Assembly (NCBI GenBank): GCA_000320545.1
Contig: ADNK01001740.1
Coordinates: 1-64,000 of the forward strand
DNA length: 64,000 nt
Source: Bigelowiella natans CCMP2755
Lineage: Eukaryota; Protista; Cercozoa
Reading direction: 5' to 3'
A model generated the notes under the pieces. It made no database searches. It was given only the letters and a program-made list of their open reading frames with translations, and was not told the origin of the DNA. Below are positions 1-9,350 of the stretch, piece by piece. Both the position numbers and the translations under genes were made by a program. Position 1 is the stretch's first letter. Each line of letters starts with the position of its first letter.

Positions 1-2
1 AA

Positions 3-908
3 TTCGTTACATTAGCGAATAAACCAGGACCATTTTTACAAAGTTATATAGATGTTGTGTATTTAACTCCTGCTTTAGACCTCAAAGTCAGTCCTGAAAA
101 TATTGTCCCATATATGGAGTTTCCTACATATAGAACTATTGATAGTAATGGTTTTCCTCAAGGGATAAACAACAGTAAAACTATATTATCATCCACCATA
201 ACATTACCAAGTATCCCTGATAGTTTAATTATTGCTGTTAAGAAAACAACATATGATGCGACCGAAAACGAATTCTATTTTCCTATCACAAATTTAAACA
301 TTACCTTTGACAACAGAAGCGGTCTTTTAAACACAATGCCTGTGGATAAATTATACAAGATGAGTTATGATAATGGATTAGAAATTGATTTCCACACCTA
401 TATTGGAAGCAGTAGAAGTAAAGGCAGAAAAATCCACACCAGTGGTGGGTTCGTCATTGCTAAAATGGGTAAAGATATTGAATTAAACCCTTCTCAAGCA
501 CCAGGTGTGATTGGAAACTATACACTACAAATCCAAGCAACCTGTATGAAACCTACAGCAATGGGTGATGTTGCTATTCCAAACCTTCAACTTGTAGTTA
601 TGACCCCTCAATCAGGATTTTTCAAGACTGTAGCAGGTTCTTCTATGATTGTTAAGAACCTTATTACAGAACAGGATGTATTATCAGCACAATTTGGAGG
701 AAGTGATGTTGAAAACAAATTAGTCGGTTCAGGGTTCTTTAGCAGTTTAGCATCTAAAGTTGGGAAAACTGTGAAAAATATTGCCTCTAATCCTAAAGTT
801 CAAGATGCCGTTCTTAAAATGGGAGCAAATGTGCTTAAGAAAAAGATGGGAGGTAAAGCATCTGTAAGTGGTGGTGGAATGAAAAAGAAACTCTCTTCGT
901 TATTATAA
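3..908 (+). CDS. Virophage major capsid protein, C-terminal part (5'-truncated by the window)
   Basis: Frame is open from base 3. Segments TITLPSIPDSLII, ITNLNITFDNRSGLL, LYKMSYDNG and GKDIEL...APGVIGNYTLQIQAT follow the order I recall for Sputnik-type MCP (DSIPSKLY / INNLNLTWNNQQGIL / GKDVGL...EGVIGNFNLQVQ). Ends in a Gly/Lys-rich tail. Confidence 0.88.
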   Translation, partial: FVTLANKPGPFLQSYIDVVYLTPALDLKVSPENIVPYMEFPTYRTIDSNGFPQGINNSKTILSSTITLPSIPDSLIIAVKKTTYDATENEFYFPITNLNITFDNRSGLLNTMPVDKLYKMSYDNGLEIDFHTYIGSSRSKGRKIHTSGGFVIAKMGKDIELNPSQAPGVIGNYTLQIQATCMKPTAMGDVAIPNLQLVVMTPQSGFFKTVAGSSMIVKNLITEQDVLSAQFGGSDVENKLVGSGFFSSLASKVGKTVKNIASNPKVQDAVLKMGANVLKKKMGGKASVSGGGMKKKLSSLL

Positions 909-944
909 ATTTTATATTATAATATTTTTATTAAACATTATAAT

Positions 945-1256
945 ATGAAAATATATATTAAACTAATGAAATCACCTCTTAAAAATAAGAAGCATAGGAT
1001 GCTCTTTTATGTTGATAAGGGTGGAAGGATAATAAAAGTAAAACACACCGACTTTGGAGATAGTCGGTATAGCGACTTTACGATACATAAAGATGAAAAC
1101 AGAAAAGATAGATACCTGACAAGGCATATGAAGAATGAAGATTGGAGCAAATTCCTGACTGCTGGTTCATTATCTCGTTGGGTCTTGTGGAATAAACCTG
1201 ATTTGAAGGATAGTTTAGAGGACTATGCTGATAAATTTAATCTTATCATACTCTAA
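945..1256 (+). CDS. Small basic viral protein (DUF5754-like, NCLDV/virophage family)
   Basis: 103 aa with motif KHTDFGDSRYSDFTIHKDENRKDRYLTRH...AGSLSRWVLWNKP, typical of a family common in large DNA viruses. Confidence 0.75.
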   Translation: MKIYIKLMKSPLKNKKHRMLFYVDKGGRIIKVKHTDFGDSRYSDFTIHKDENRKDRYLTRHMKNEDWSKFLTAGSLSRWVLWNKPDLKDSLEDYADKFNLIIL

Positions 1257-1356
1257 TATCGTTGGTGGGGTCTAAATCCGTGTTCCTTGCTACTATCTTT
1301 CCTATCGTATATCCTATGGAAAAGATAAGTCCTAATATTAATAACACTACAATCAT
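1246..1356 (-). CDS. Putative 36-aa single-TM viral microprotein
   Basis: ATG at 1356 gives MIVVLLILGLIFSIGYTIGKIVARNTDLDPTNDIRV*. It fills the gap between neighbouring ORFs and is below the ORF-track cutoff. Confidence 0.4.
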   Translation of the reverse strand: MIVVLLILGLIFSIGYTIGKIVARNTDLDPTNDIRV

Positions 1357-1371
1357 TTAATAAAGATTAGA

Positions 1372-1581
1372 TTATTTTTCGTCGTCCATCAACATCCTAA
1401 AAGCACTATCAGTTAAATCACCAGTGTCATCAAAGGGTTGTTTCATAATATTTAATTGTATCAACAATTTGCTGTTCTCTTTTATCAGTTTCTTGTTTTG
1501 CTTTATCAATTTGTTTATCTCTTTTCTTAATCTTGTTAATCGTAGTTGTAATTGTAATAGTCTAACTATTTCCAGTAGCAT
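1372..1581 (-). CDS. Hypothetical coiled-coil viral protein (69 aa)
   Basis: Heptad-like L/K/Q-rich ORF packed directly downstream of the RNR gene on the same strand. Confidence 0.55.
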   Translation of the reverse strand: MLLEIVRLLQLQLRLTRLRKEINKLIKQNKKLIKENSKLLIQLNIMKQPFDDTGDLTDSAFRMLMDDEK

Positions 1582-1598
1582 CTATAATAATTTAGATA

Positions 1599-2558
1599 TT
1601 AAAAATTGAGGTCTACTTCAAAGATGTCTTCTTTGTTCTCGTTTAATACATTAGCAGATTGGTAGTTGCTTTCTCTACTCTCAAAGAAATTGGTCTTGCC
1701 TTGTAAATCCAGTCTTTCCATCCAGGTCAAAGGATTACTCACATTGTGGATTGTATCATAACCTAATTTGAGTAATATGTTGTCTATTGTGAATTTGATG
1801 TAGTCTAACATCATATCCGCATTCATTCCTAACAATCTAACAGGCAATGCTTGTGTGATGAAGTCTCGCTCAATACATAGTGCCTTATCAAACAACACCG
1901 CTACTTCTGCTTGTGATAGTCTCTTCTCTAACTTATTGTATAGCATAATACTGAAACTATAATGTAGGTTCTCATCTCTGCTGATAAATTCATTAGATAA
2001 AGTTAGACCTTTCAATATACCTTTCTGCTTGAAGTAGTAAATACAAGCAAACGAGGAAGCGAAGAATATGCCTTCAAAGATGACCTGACATATCAATTTA
2101 TGCTGTATGGAGTTGTACAACAAGACCTGTTTCCTACAGAAGTTAATTTTTTGTTCTATGATAGGATTATTCTTTACAGCATTTATTAAATCCTCTTTCT
2201 CTTTTTTATCTTTTATCAAAGTATCTATCTGTAGATTGTATGTTTCTGTGTGTATATTTTCCATTTGCCTTTGAAAGTCGTAGCACATACGAATTTCTAA
2301 TGCCTTAAACTCATCGTATAGATTCCTATTTATCATTTCATTCACTTCAATATCACTATTCGCAAAGAAGATGAGGGTATATTTTAAATACTTTTGTTCG
2401 TCCTGACTTAATTTGGAGAAGTCATCGGCATCATTACTAAAATCTATTTCTTCGGCGGTCCAGTATCCTGCTTGTTGTATCTTGTAGGCATTCCATATGT
2501 CTTTGTGCCTGATTGGAAAAAGAGAAGTTCTGTCAACATCTTTGAGTATACTATTCAT
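1599..2558 (-). CDS. Ribonucleoside-diphosphate reductase small (R2/beta) subunit, viral
   Basis: Class Ia R2 motifs LFPI, WTAEEIDFS.D, FFANSD, ENIHTETY (tyrosyl-radical Tyr), EGIFFASSF, SNEFISRDENLH and KTNFFE. Likely start is MNSILK at 2558. Confidence 0.96.
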   Translation of the reverse strand: MNSILKDVDRTSLFPIRHKDIWNAYKIQQAGYWTAEEIDFSNDADDFSKLSQDEQKYLKYTLIFFANSDIEVNEMINRNLYDEFKALEIRMCYDFQRQMENIHTETYNLQIDTLIKDKKEKEDLINAVKNNPIIEQKINFCRKQVLLYNSIQHKLICQVIFEGIFFASSFACIYYFKQKGILKGLTLSNEFISRDENLHYSFSIMLYNKLEKRLSQAEVAVLFDKALCIERDFITQALPVRLLGMNADMMLDYIKFTIDNILLKLGYDTIHNVSNPLTWMERLDLQGKTNFFESRESNYQSANVLNENKEDIFEVDLNF

Positions 2559-2839
2559 ATATATTATACTATATATTTTTATATTTAATTTAATATTGTG
2601 TTTCAACACCTTGGAGAGGGTTGAATGTGTTGAAAATGAAATTTGGAATAAATATATATTAACAATTTATTATTGACATATTACATATATTCTTCTTAAT
2701 CAATAAGATAGCATCGTCTTTGCTTTCCATCTTCCACACTGACCTGTCATAAACCACAACAGCATCATCATTCCTGTATGTCGTGAAATTGTCCGGGAGC
2801 AAATTCACGATTAACTCATATATTAACTTTATCATATTC

Positions 2840-3034
2840 CTATATTATTAATTTACATATTTTTTTTTTAAAATTTAATTTGTTGATGAACTTAAGTTTA
2901 GGACTATTGTTAAGTCTGCGGAAATTGTGAGTTAAACACACTAAATAACTTTGATGTAGGTATTCATCTATCATACTTATTATTCCTTTGCTTAATCCCT
3001 TGTGTATGAGTATTCGTTCTATTTCTTTATCCAT
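2840..3034 (-). CDS. Hypothetical viral protein (64 aa)
   Basis: ATG-initiated ORF divergent from the integrase in the gene-dense viral block; no recognisable motif. Confidence 0.4.
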   Translation of the reverse strand: MDKEIERILIHKGLSKGIISMIDEYLHQSYLVCLTHNFRRLNNSPKLKFINKLNFKKKICKLII

Positions 3035-3076
3035 TAAAATAAACTACATATATTTTATATCTCACATTATGTATAT

Positions 3077-4177
3077 ATGGACGAGAAAGAACCTTATAGT
3101 AGTGAAAGCAGTAGTGATGATGATGATACTGATACTGAAACTGAAATGCCTAAAAAGAAAATAGTGAAAAAGATAGTCAAACGGAAAAAGATAGTCAAAC
3201 GAAAGAAGAAACCAACCATACTGGGAAGTTTAATCGGCAAGAAGAGTAAGGATTTAGTAGATGAATTGACCAGGGAGAAAAAGCAAGACCCTGAAGTAAA
3301 AGCAACCCACAACGATGCCTATGGGTATCCAGGTAAGCGAGGACAGATGGACTTGCTCTATCTACCTAATGATAGTGGGTTTAGATATTTATTAGTAGCA
3401 GTAGATAATCATACTAAACAAACTGATGCTATACCTCTACGATACAGAACTGCTGAAGCGGTGAGAAAAGCAATAGACAAGGTGTATTACGAGAACAAGG
3501 TATTAAAACCGCCGAAAATCCTACAGGTAGATGCTGGTAGTGAGTTTAAAAAAGGATTGGATGGGTATTTGAGAGAGAAAGGTATATATTTACGAAGAGC
3601 AGGTGTTGCTAGGCATAGTCAACAGGCAAATGTGGAAGCACGAAATAAGAGTATCGGTAGTATCATCATTAAAACTCAGTTGGTAAAAGAATTAGAGAAC
3701 GATAAAGTAAGTAAGCAGTGGTTAAAGTTATTACCTGACATATTGAAGAAGTTGAACGAGAATGCTAAGGTGAAGAAGTTGAAGCAGACAGGAGAAGTTC
3801 CTTGTAAGGAGGGAGGCGATTGTGATTTGTACGAGGTCGGCAGGAAGGTGAGATACAAATTGGATTATCCTGTGAATTTCAAAGGAGAGAAACAAATAGG
3901 CAATTTTAGGGAAGGCGACATAAGATATTCGTTGAAACCGCATAAAATTGAAAACATATTATTATTACCTGACCGACCAGTAAGATATATTTTGGAAGGT
4001 GTTTTAGACAAAACTTTCAGCAAGAATCAACTGAAACCTGCTGAAAACGAAATAGTTAAAAAAGCAATTGAGAAAAAAACACCGAAACCGAGGGAGAAGT
4101 GGACCGATGAACCTGTTGAAATACGGACAAGTAAGCGAAAAAGAAAGCAAGTTGATAGGGGATTCTTTGTTAGTTAA
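3077..4177 (+). CDS. Retroviral-type (rve, DDE) integrase of the Polinton/Mavirus class
   Basis: GQMDLL...FRYLLVAVD...PPKILQVDAGSEF...QANVEARN supplies the D,D,E triad. The C-terminal YEVGRKVR...FREGDIRYS segment is typical of Polinton integrases. Acidic/basic N-terminus; intact ORF. Confidence 0.92.
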   Translation: MDEKEPYSSESSSDDDDTDTETEMPKKKIVKKIVKRKKIVKRKKKPTILGSLIGKKSKDLVDELTREKKQDPEVKATHNDAYGYPGKRGQMDLLYLPNDSGFRYLLVAVDNHTKQTDAIPLRYRTAEAVRKAIDKVYYENKVLKPPKILQVDAGSEFKKGLDGYLREKGIYLRRAGVARHSQQANVEARNKSIGSIIIKTQLVKELENDKVSKQWLKLLPDILKKLNENAKVKKLKQTGEVPCKEGGDCDLYEVGRKVRYKLDYPVNFKGEKQIGNFREGDIRYSLKPHKIENILLLPDRPVRYILEGVLDKTFSKNQLKPAENEIVKKAIEKKTPKPREKWTDEPVEIRTSKRKRKQVDRGFFVS

Positions 4178-4315
4178 GTTGGATGTATTTTTTGGAAAAC
4201 AGACTCTGGAGACTCTCCACACCTATGACTAAATCAGGTTCCACACACCCTTGCGAATTACCAGTGAAGGTTGTGTCTATGTGTAGACTGGTGACATCAA
4301 GCAACAGGAAGGACA

Positions 4316-5527
4316 ATGTCTGTGTCACAATTCTTGGGAAAAGATGATTGGAAAGTGAGTGTTCAAGATGGTGGAACTTACTTGGTTTCTGGGAACCAAA
4401 CGAGCAACAAAGACAAGATTGTGAGCGAGAAAGTGAAGCAACTGGAAAATCATCTGAAGGGTTGGAAAGGAAATTTGAAACACGAGTTGAAGAAGCGAGA
4501 GGAAGATGTGTCCAAATGTGAGACTCAATTGAGGAAACTGGAGAATGAAATTGAAAAGGGAGACAGCGATGAAGGGGAGGATGACGAAGGGTTGGATGGT
4601 GAGTGCGAGAAGCGAGACATAATCCGTGAAATTATGACCCAGCGAGACATTTTGGAAAAACATCGCAAGAAAATCAAGGAAATCATTAGGAATGTTCTGA
4701 GCATTGGAAATGACCAGAAGAGTTTGAAAGTCGATTACAAACTTACGACGGAGCAGTATGTTTTCAAGCATAATGACACAAAATTTGTGCTGAAATACAA
4801 ATTCAACGATGGGAAAATATCAGTTGTGTCTCAGTTGGGCGATGAAAGTGTTATGGTAGAAGGGGTATCCTTCACAGGGCACAGTCTTTCCTCCTTGCGA
4901 AAGTGTGGGGACAAAGCAACTATAACTGCGGTCGCCCAAGCGGAAATTCAGTTGTCGGATTCTATTCAAACTCTGTATAACAAGACCACTGAAGAAATCG
5001 CACGACTCAGAAATGAATATGAGAAGGCAGACATCAACGACGAAGGAAGAAAGCACAATCTAATCGCTGAGGAACTCAAAAGGAAGCGATTGCTAGGCAG
5101 GATGAAAAAAGGAAAGCATAAAGCTGAGATGCTGGTGAGTGCCTATGTCGTCGAGAGACTGGACGACCTCACAGTGGAGAAATCGGTGGACATCGACATT
5201 CTTCAACTACTCGTAGAGCGGGAGCGACAACGAAAATTACTGGAGATGAAGGGGTGGACGAAAATCCCTGATATGAATACTTTGAGAATTGGTTTGGGTG
5301 TGGCTGTTGGGGATGGCAAACTGTTTGCTGTTGGTGGGAGGTATGATGGTAGTGCTCTCAAATCAGGGGAGTATCTGGATTTGAAGAAAATGGATGCGGG
5401 GTGGACGAAAATTCCTGATATGAATACTTGGAGGAGTAGTTTGGGTGTGGCCGTTGGGGATGGCAAACTGTTTGCTGTTGGTGGGTATGGTGATAAATCT
5501 GGGGAGTATCTTCGCATCGCTATGTAG
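4316..5527 (+). CDS. Coiled-coil protein with two C-terminal Kelch repeats (viral cargo)
   Basis: 403 aa. Two near-identical GWTKIPDMNT.R..LGVAVGDGKLFAVGG repeats start at about 5251 and 5398 (147 nt apart). Visibly more GC-rich than flanking viral genes. Confidence 0.85.
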   Translation: MSVSQFLGKDDWKVSVQDGGTYLVSGNQTSNKDKIVSEKVKQLENHLKGWKGNLKHELKKREEDVSKCETQLRKLENEIEKGDSDEGEDDEGLDGECEKRDIIREIMTQRDILEKHRKKIKEIIRNVLSIGNDQKSLKVDYKLTTEQYVFKHNDTKFVLKYKFNDGKISVVSQLGDESVMVEGVSFTGHSLSSLRKCGDKATITAVAQAEIQLSDSIQTLYNKTTEEIARLRNEYEKADINDEGRKHNLIAEELKRKRLLGRMKKGKHKAEMLVSAYVVERLDDLTVEKSVDIDILQLLVERERQRKLLEMKGWTKIPDMNTLRIGLGVAVGDGKLFAVGGRYDGSALKSGEYLDLKKMDAGWTKIPDMNTWRSSLGVAVGDGKLFAVGGYGDKSGEYLRIAM

Positions 5528-5571
5528 ACTGCTTCCGCACACACATTGGGTTCTGTCTGGAGAAAATATGG

Positions 5572-5769
5572 TTATTTATAGCCATCTACAACTTCGCTCA
5601 TTAGACAAATGTGGACTTCCATCAGTTTATCTCTCAGTTTGCGATAGAATTCAGGATTCAGTTCGGCTTTTAGTTCATCTATTACGAGGACGATTTCACT
5701 AAGTTTATAGTCAACATCATAGATTTTATCTGCTGTGCTACTTTTATTTACTTGATTAATATTACTCAT
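5572..5769 (-). CDS. Hypothetical viral protein (~65 aa)
   Basis: MSNINQ...LSEIVLVIDELKAELNPEFYRKLRDKLMEVH, a helical-looking ORF convergent on the Kelch gene. Confidence 0.5.
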   Translation of the reverse strand: MSNINQVNKSSTADKIYDVDYKLSEIVLVIDELKAELNPEFYRKLRDKLMEVHICLMSEVVDGYK

Positions 5770-6008
5770 ATTAATCTTATAGTGAGACAATTCTTTAAAT
5801 AGAAATCATAGTTGGATGTTTTGTAAAACTGGAATCCTTTTGCTAATAGCATATATTGTTAAGTATGTATGTTGTAGCAGTCGCATATCTATTAGTATAT
5901 TGCTTTGTAATGGCAGTCGCATATGTATTAGCACGGCATATCGCTTCGTAATAGCAGTCGCATATAAGCAGTCGCATAAATGAATATCATACAAATTTGA
6001 TACGATAT

Positions 6009-6609
6009 TTATTTATTTTGTAAAAACTTGTGGTAAAATATGTCCTTGTAGGTACATGTACACCATTTGAATGTTAATTGTTTGTTTTGTAGGTAGGAAC
6101 ACATATTGTATGTTCTACTTTGTTGATGATGTGTGTTGTTGTCTGTTTTCAAACATTTCTTGGTTCTTTGATGTCTTCGTAAATGCTTTTTGGTTATAGC
6201 ACAATTACAGAACTCACAATTTGCCTTTTGTTTCATTTCTTCCTAACATTTTTTCTTTGTTTGCTTCTCTATATTTTTTGTTGTATTGTTTTATTTTTTC
6301 TTTGTTCGCTTCTCTGTATTCTTTCTTTTGTTGATTTATTTTTTCTTTGTTTGCTTCTCTGTAGTTTTTGCTGTATTGTTTCATTTTTTCTTTGTTCTTC
6401 ATTCTATATATTTTGGTCGCTATTCTCATTTCTTCTTTTAACAATTTATATAACTTTCTTCTATCATTTTTAATTTTTCCCTCCAAAGCACAACCTTTTT
6501 CCATACTGATATACTCCTCTTTCAAACTATTTCTCATTTTAGCGACATCAAGTTGTATTATTTTTATGTTTTTTCTTATTTTTAATAATTCATTTTTTAA
6601 CTCTTCCAT
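6009..6609 (-). pseudogene. Virophage YREANKEK-repeat / Zn-finger protein split by a frameshift
   Basis: ORF 6214-6609 (YREANKEK x3) overlaps ORF 6009-6236 (CEFCNCAITKKHLRRHQRTKKC). Removing one G near 6243 fuses them as EKML-EEMKQKANCEFC. Confidence 0.6.
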
Positions 6610-6723
6610 TTAATGTTATAATATTCAATTCTTTATATCGTTTTCCTCTTCATTTTTAATTTCAACCCCACACAAATTAGTGCTTTCTTTTACCTCCTTC
6701 ATTTTATAATTAATGAGGGCTTC

Positions 6724-6750
6724 TGGGGCTTTTCAAAAACCAAACTTTTT

Positions 6751-6788
<38 letters not shown>

Positions 6789-7151
6789 TACTTACATACT
6801 TTATATATATAACCCCCGCCCCCTGAAAACATACCCAGATAAAACATAAGTATAATAATGTAATATGATACAGCATAATGATACAGTCGCATAATGTTGT
6901 CGCATAACATAGTCGCATATCGCTTCGCACCGCACAGCACATAGCACATAGCACGGCACGGCACATAATTAAGGGGGGAATGTGGGGCATTACAAAAACC
7001 AAACTTTTTATAATATATATATATATATATTAAAATACTTACATACTTTATATATACTGCCCCCGCCCTCAAAAAATGCCCCCTGGGAAACATAAGTATA
7101 ATGATGTAATATGATACAGCATAATGATACAGTCGCATAATGCTGTCGCAT
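6724..7151 (+). repeat. Imperfect ~170-180 bp subterminal direct repeat, two copies (6724-6905 and 6983-7151)
   Basis: Both copies read TGGGGC..CAAAAACCAAACTTTTTA-(TA)n-TTAAAATACTTACATACTTTATATATA..CCCCCGCCC..AAACATAAGTATAAT.ATGTAATATGATACAGCATAATGATACAGTCGCATAATG.TGTCGCAT. Confidence 0.9.
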
Positions 7152-7724
7152 CGCTTTGCGAGCAGGTGGGCTCTGCCCACATCGCAGATACCGCCATTGG
7201 CGGTTATAATAATTATTATTATTATTACTTACACATCACACACGCTTGTCCTTTCTTTTCGCCTTGTTAAGGCATTACAGTCAATGCATGTACGCGGCGA
7301 TGCTGTGAAAGTGCGAGCTGTGTTGGCGCATTGTTATACACGAGATCGACACGTAGCCGGCGAATTTTGCAGGACAGCAAAATGCAGACACGCTAGCACG
7401 CACGCTTGACGCAGGTGAACTCCATGTGTGCACTTGTACTGCTACAAACATGAAATGCCCAGCTTGCCACATGGATGACCGGACATCACCGTGCAGGCCA
7501 CAAGCAAGCATGCATGTAGCATGGTGGCACACAGCAGTGTGCATGAAATCTGCAGTACATCTCTAGAGCTGGCAAACGGCACGCCCCTCAGACCTGGACA
7601 ACGTCGTCGTTGATCATGTCAGCGTGTAGGTTTGTTGTCGCAAATGACACATGCTGTGTCTGTCACGAAGGTACACGTGCATTTGTGAAAGAGAACATGT
7701 GTAGCAAAAAGCACACGTGAACAT

Positions 7725-7758
<34 letters not shown>

Positions 7759-9206
7759 ATGTGTCATGCGCGCTCGTACACGTGCAGAGACATGTGTCTA
7801 CATTTTCGTGCACTAGCTGCACGGGTGCATGTGTTCATTGCTTGACTGTGTGGGTGGGTGGGTGTGTGTGTGTGTGTGTGTGCGTGTGCATGATGCCGCT
7901 ACACTCTAGCGCTCCTAGGCTCATCATGCGCCGCACATGCGCACCTTCAATCATGTCGGCCGGACGACACAAATCGCAGCGCTAGCGACACTGGCTATAC
8001 CTCTAGACCTAGGTAAGTGATTTGAAACAAAGTTGCAAACGCCGAACAAGGGAAACATTGCGCTAGCTCGCTACTTGTTGCCCTTCACACCTCACTTTGT
8101 TGCTACATGATCTAGTTGTGCTTCTTCACAGCATTGCAACGATGCTTGGCGCACAGCTAGACAGCTAGACAGCTTGACAGCTGCGGTGGTAAGTCTGTGC
8201 GCACGTCGACAAGCCCGTGTTATTTGTGCATGCATGTGTGTCTAGGTGTGTGCGCGCGCATGTGGAGGTGTGGATGCACATTACATGCGTGCACAGAATT
8301 AAAGGCTTGACTAATGTGTACGCATTGCGCAGGAAGTACCTGACATCATCATCAAACTAGTGTATTAAGTGTCGTTAATCCCATTATTCATGCTGCTGCT
8401 GCGCGCTTACATCTCTTAAATTGTTACCAGATTAGACATAAACGACCTGCGCATCGCTGCGCAAAGCTCCACACAATGTGCCATTCATACGATCTAGCGA
8501 TGCACCTTATAACCTACTAGCCTGCTTGTACTACTAGACTATGTGCATGCTTGATGTTGTTACCATGCGGCAACCATGCACCTGCAGCGGTCATCGCATG
8601 CATTACAGTCGGGATGAGTGCTTATTGCGCCGGAGCTGGTCATGGTCACAGATGGCCTCATTTAGTCCTGACCACCCCCGTTACTATGTAGGGCTGAAAA
8701 CCGTGCATCGTCTGTGATGGTTGCTGCCTGCGGTTGCGTTAGCTGACGTAATTCACAATCATGCGCTAGCTTATATGCATGTGCAGCTTGGCAATGCACG
8801 TCGTGCAAATGTGCGCACTGCTGTCGATATGGACAGTTTGCAACGATAGTGATATGCTTATTAAATTCGATTTTGCACACGATGTCATTAGCCTATGATT
8901 CAACACTACGATGAAAGCAAACTCACAAACATGCACAATGTCAGCCATGCTGCATTCTTTCATGGAGGAAATGACTTGCTTCAATTAGCATACCTGATAT
9001 GCACACAAAGTCGGAACGCAATGTGCTCAATGGTTGGAAACGTCATAAGATCGTCTACTGTCAATGCCTCACCCTACAACCGAGTGATCGTTCAACAACA
9101 TTCCATCGATCGTGGAATCTGTAAATGGATACGATAAGATGCGAAGTTCCCAAAGAACATTAGAGCTCTGAGCATTATCATTCGTCTTTAAGTGCATTTG
9201 TGATAT

Positions 9207-9310
9207 CTAACCTCGGGGAGAGTCGCTATTAGATTTCGGCCTTCGCATCAACTCGATATCAGTCGTTGACCTGCTCGGAGTCTGCGACCAAAATCAAGCC
9301 TTAGAAATCT

Positions 9311-9350
<40 letters not shown>

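Larger units (their letters stand above)
1..7229. mobile_element. Integrated virophage (provirophage, Lavidaviridae-like), right arm; left part lies outside the window
   Basis: AT-rich, intronless, gene-dense block with virophage-type MCP, rve integrase and RNR small subunit. Subterminal repeats lead to a ...ATTATTATTACT end at 7229, followed by an abrupt switch to host-like sequence. Confidence 0.92.

Noticed and set aside
5251-5510. Kelch repeat pair as a DGR template/variable repeat
   Set aside because: Both copies are in-frame coding, differences are not restricted to adenines, and no reverse transcriptase is visible.
5870-5980. GCAGTCGCATA repeats with variable spacers as a possible mini-CRISPR
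   Set aside because: Repeats are only ~11 bp, spacing is irregular and no cas genes are present; treated as viral cis motifs.
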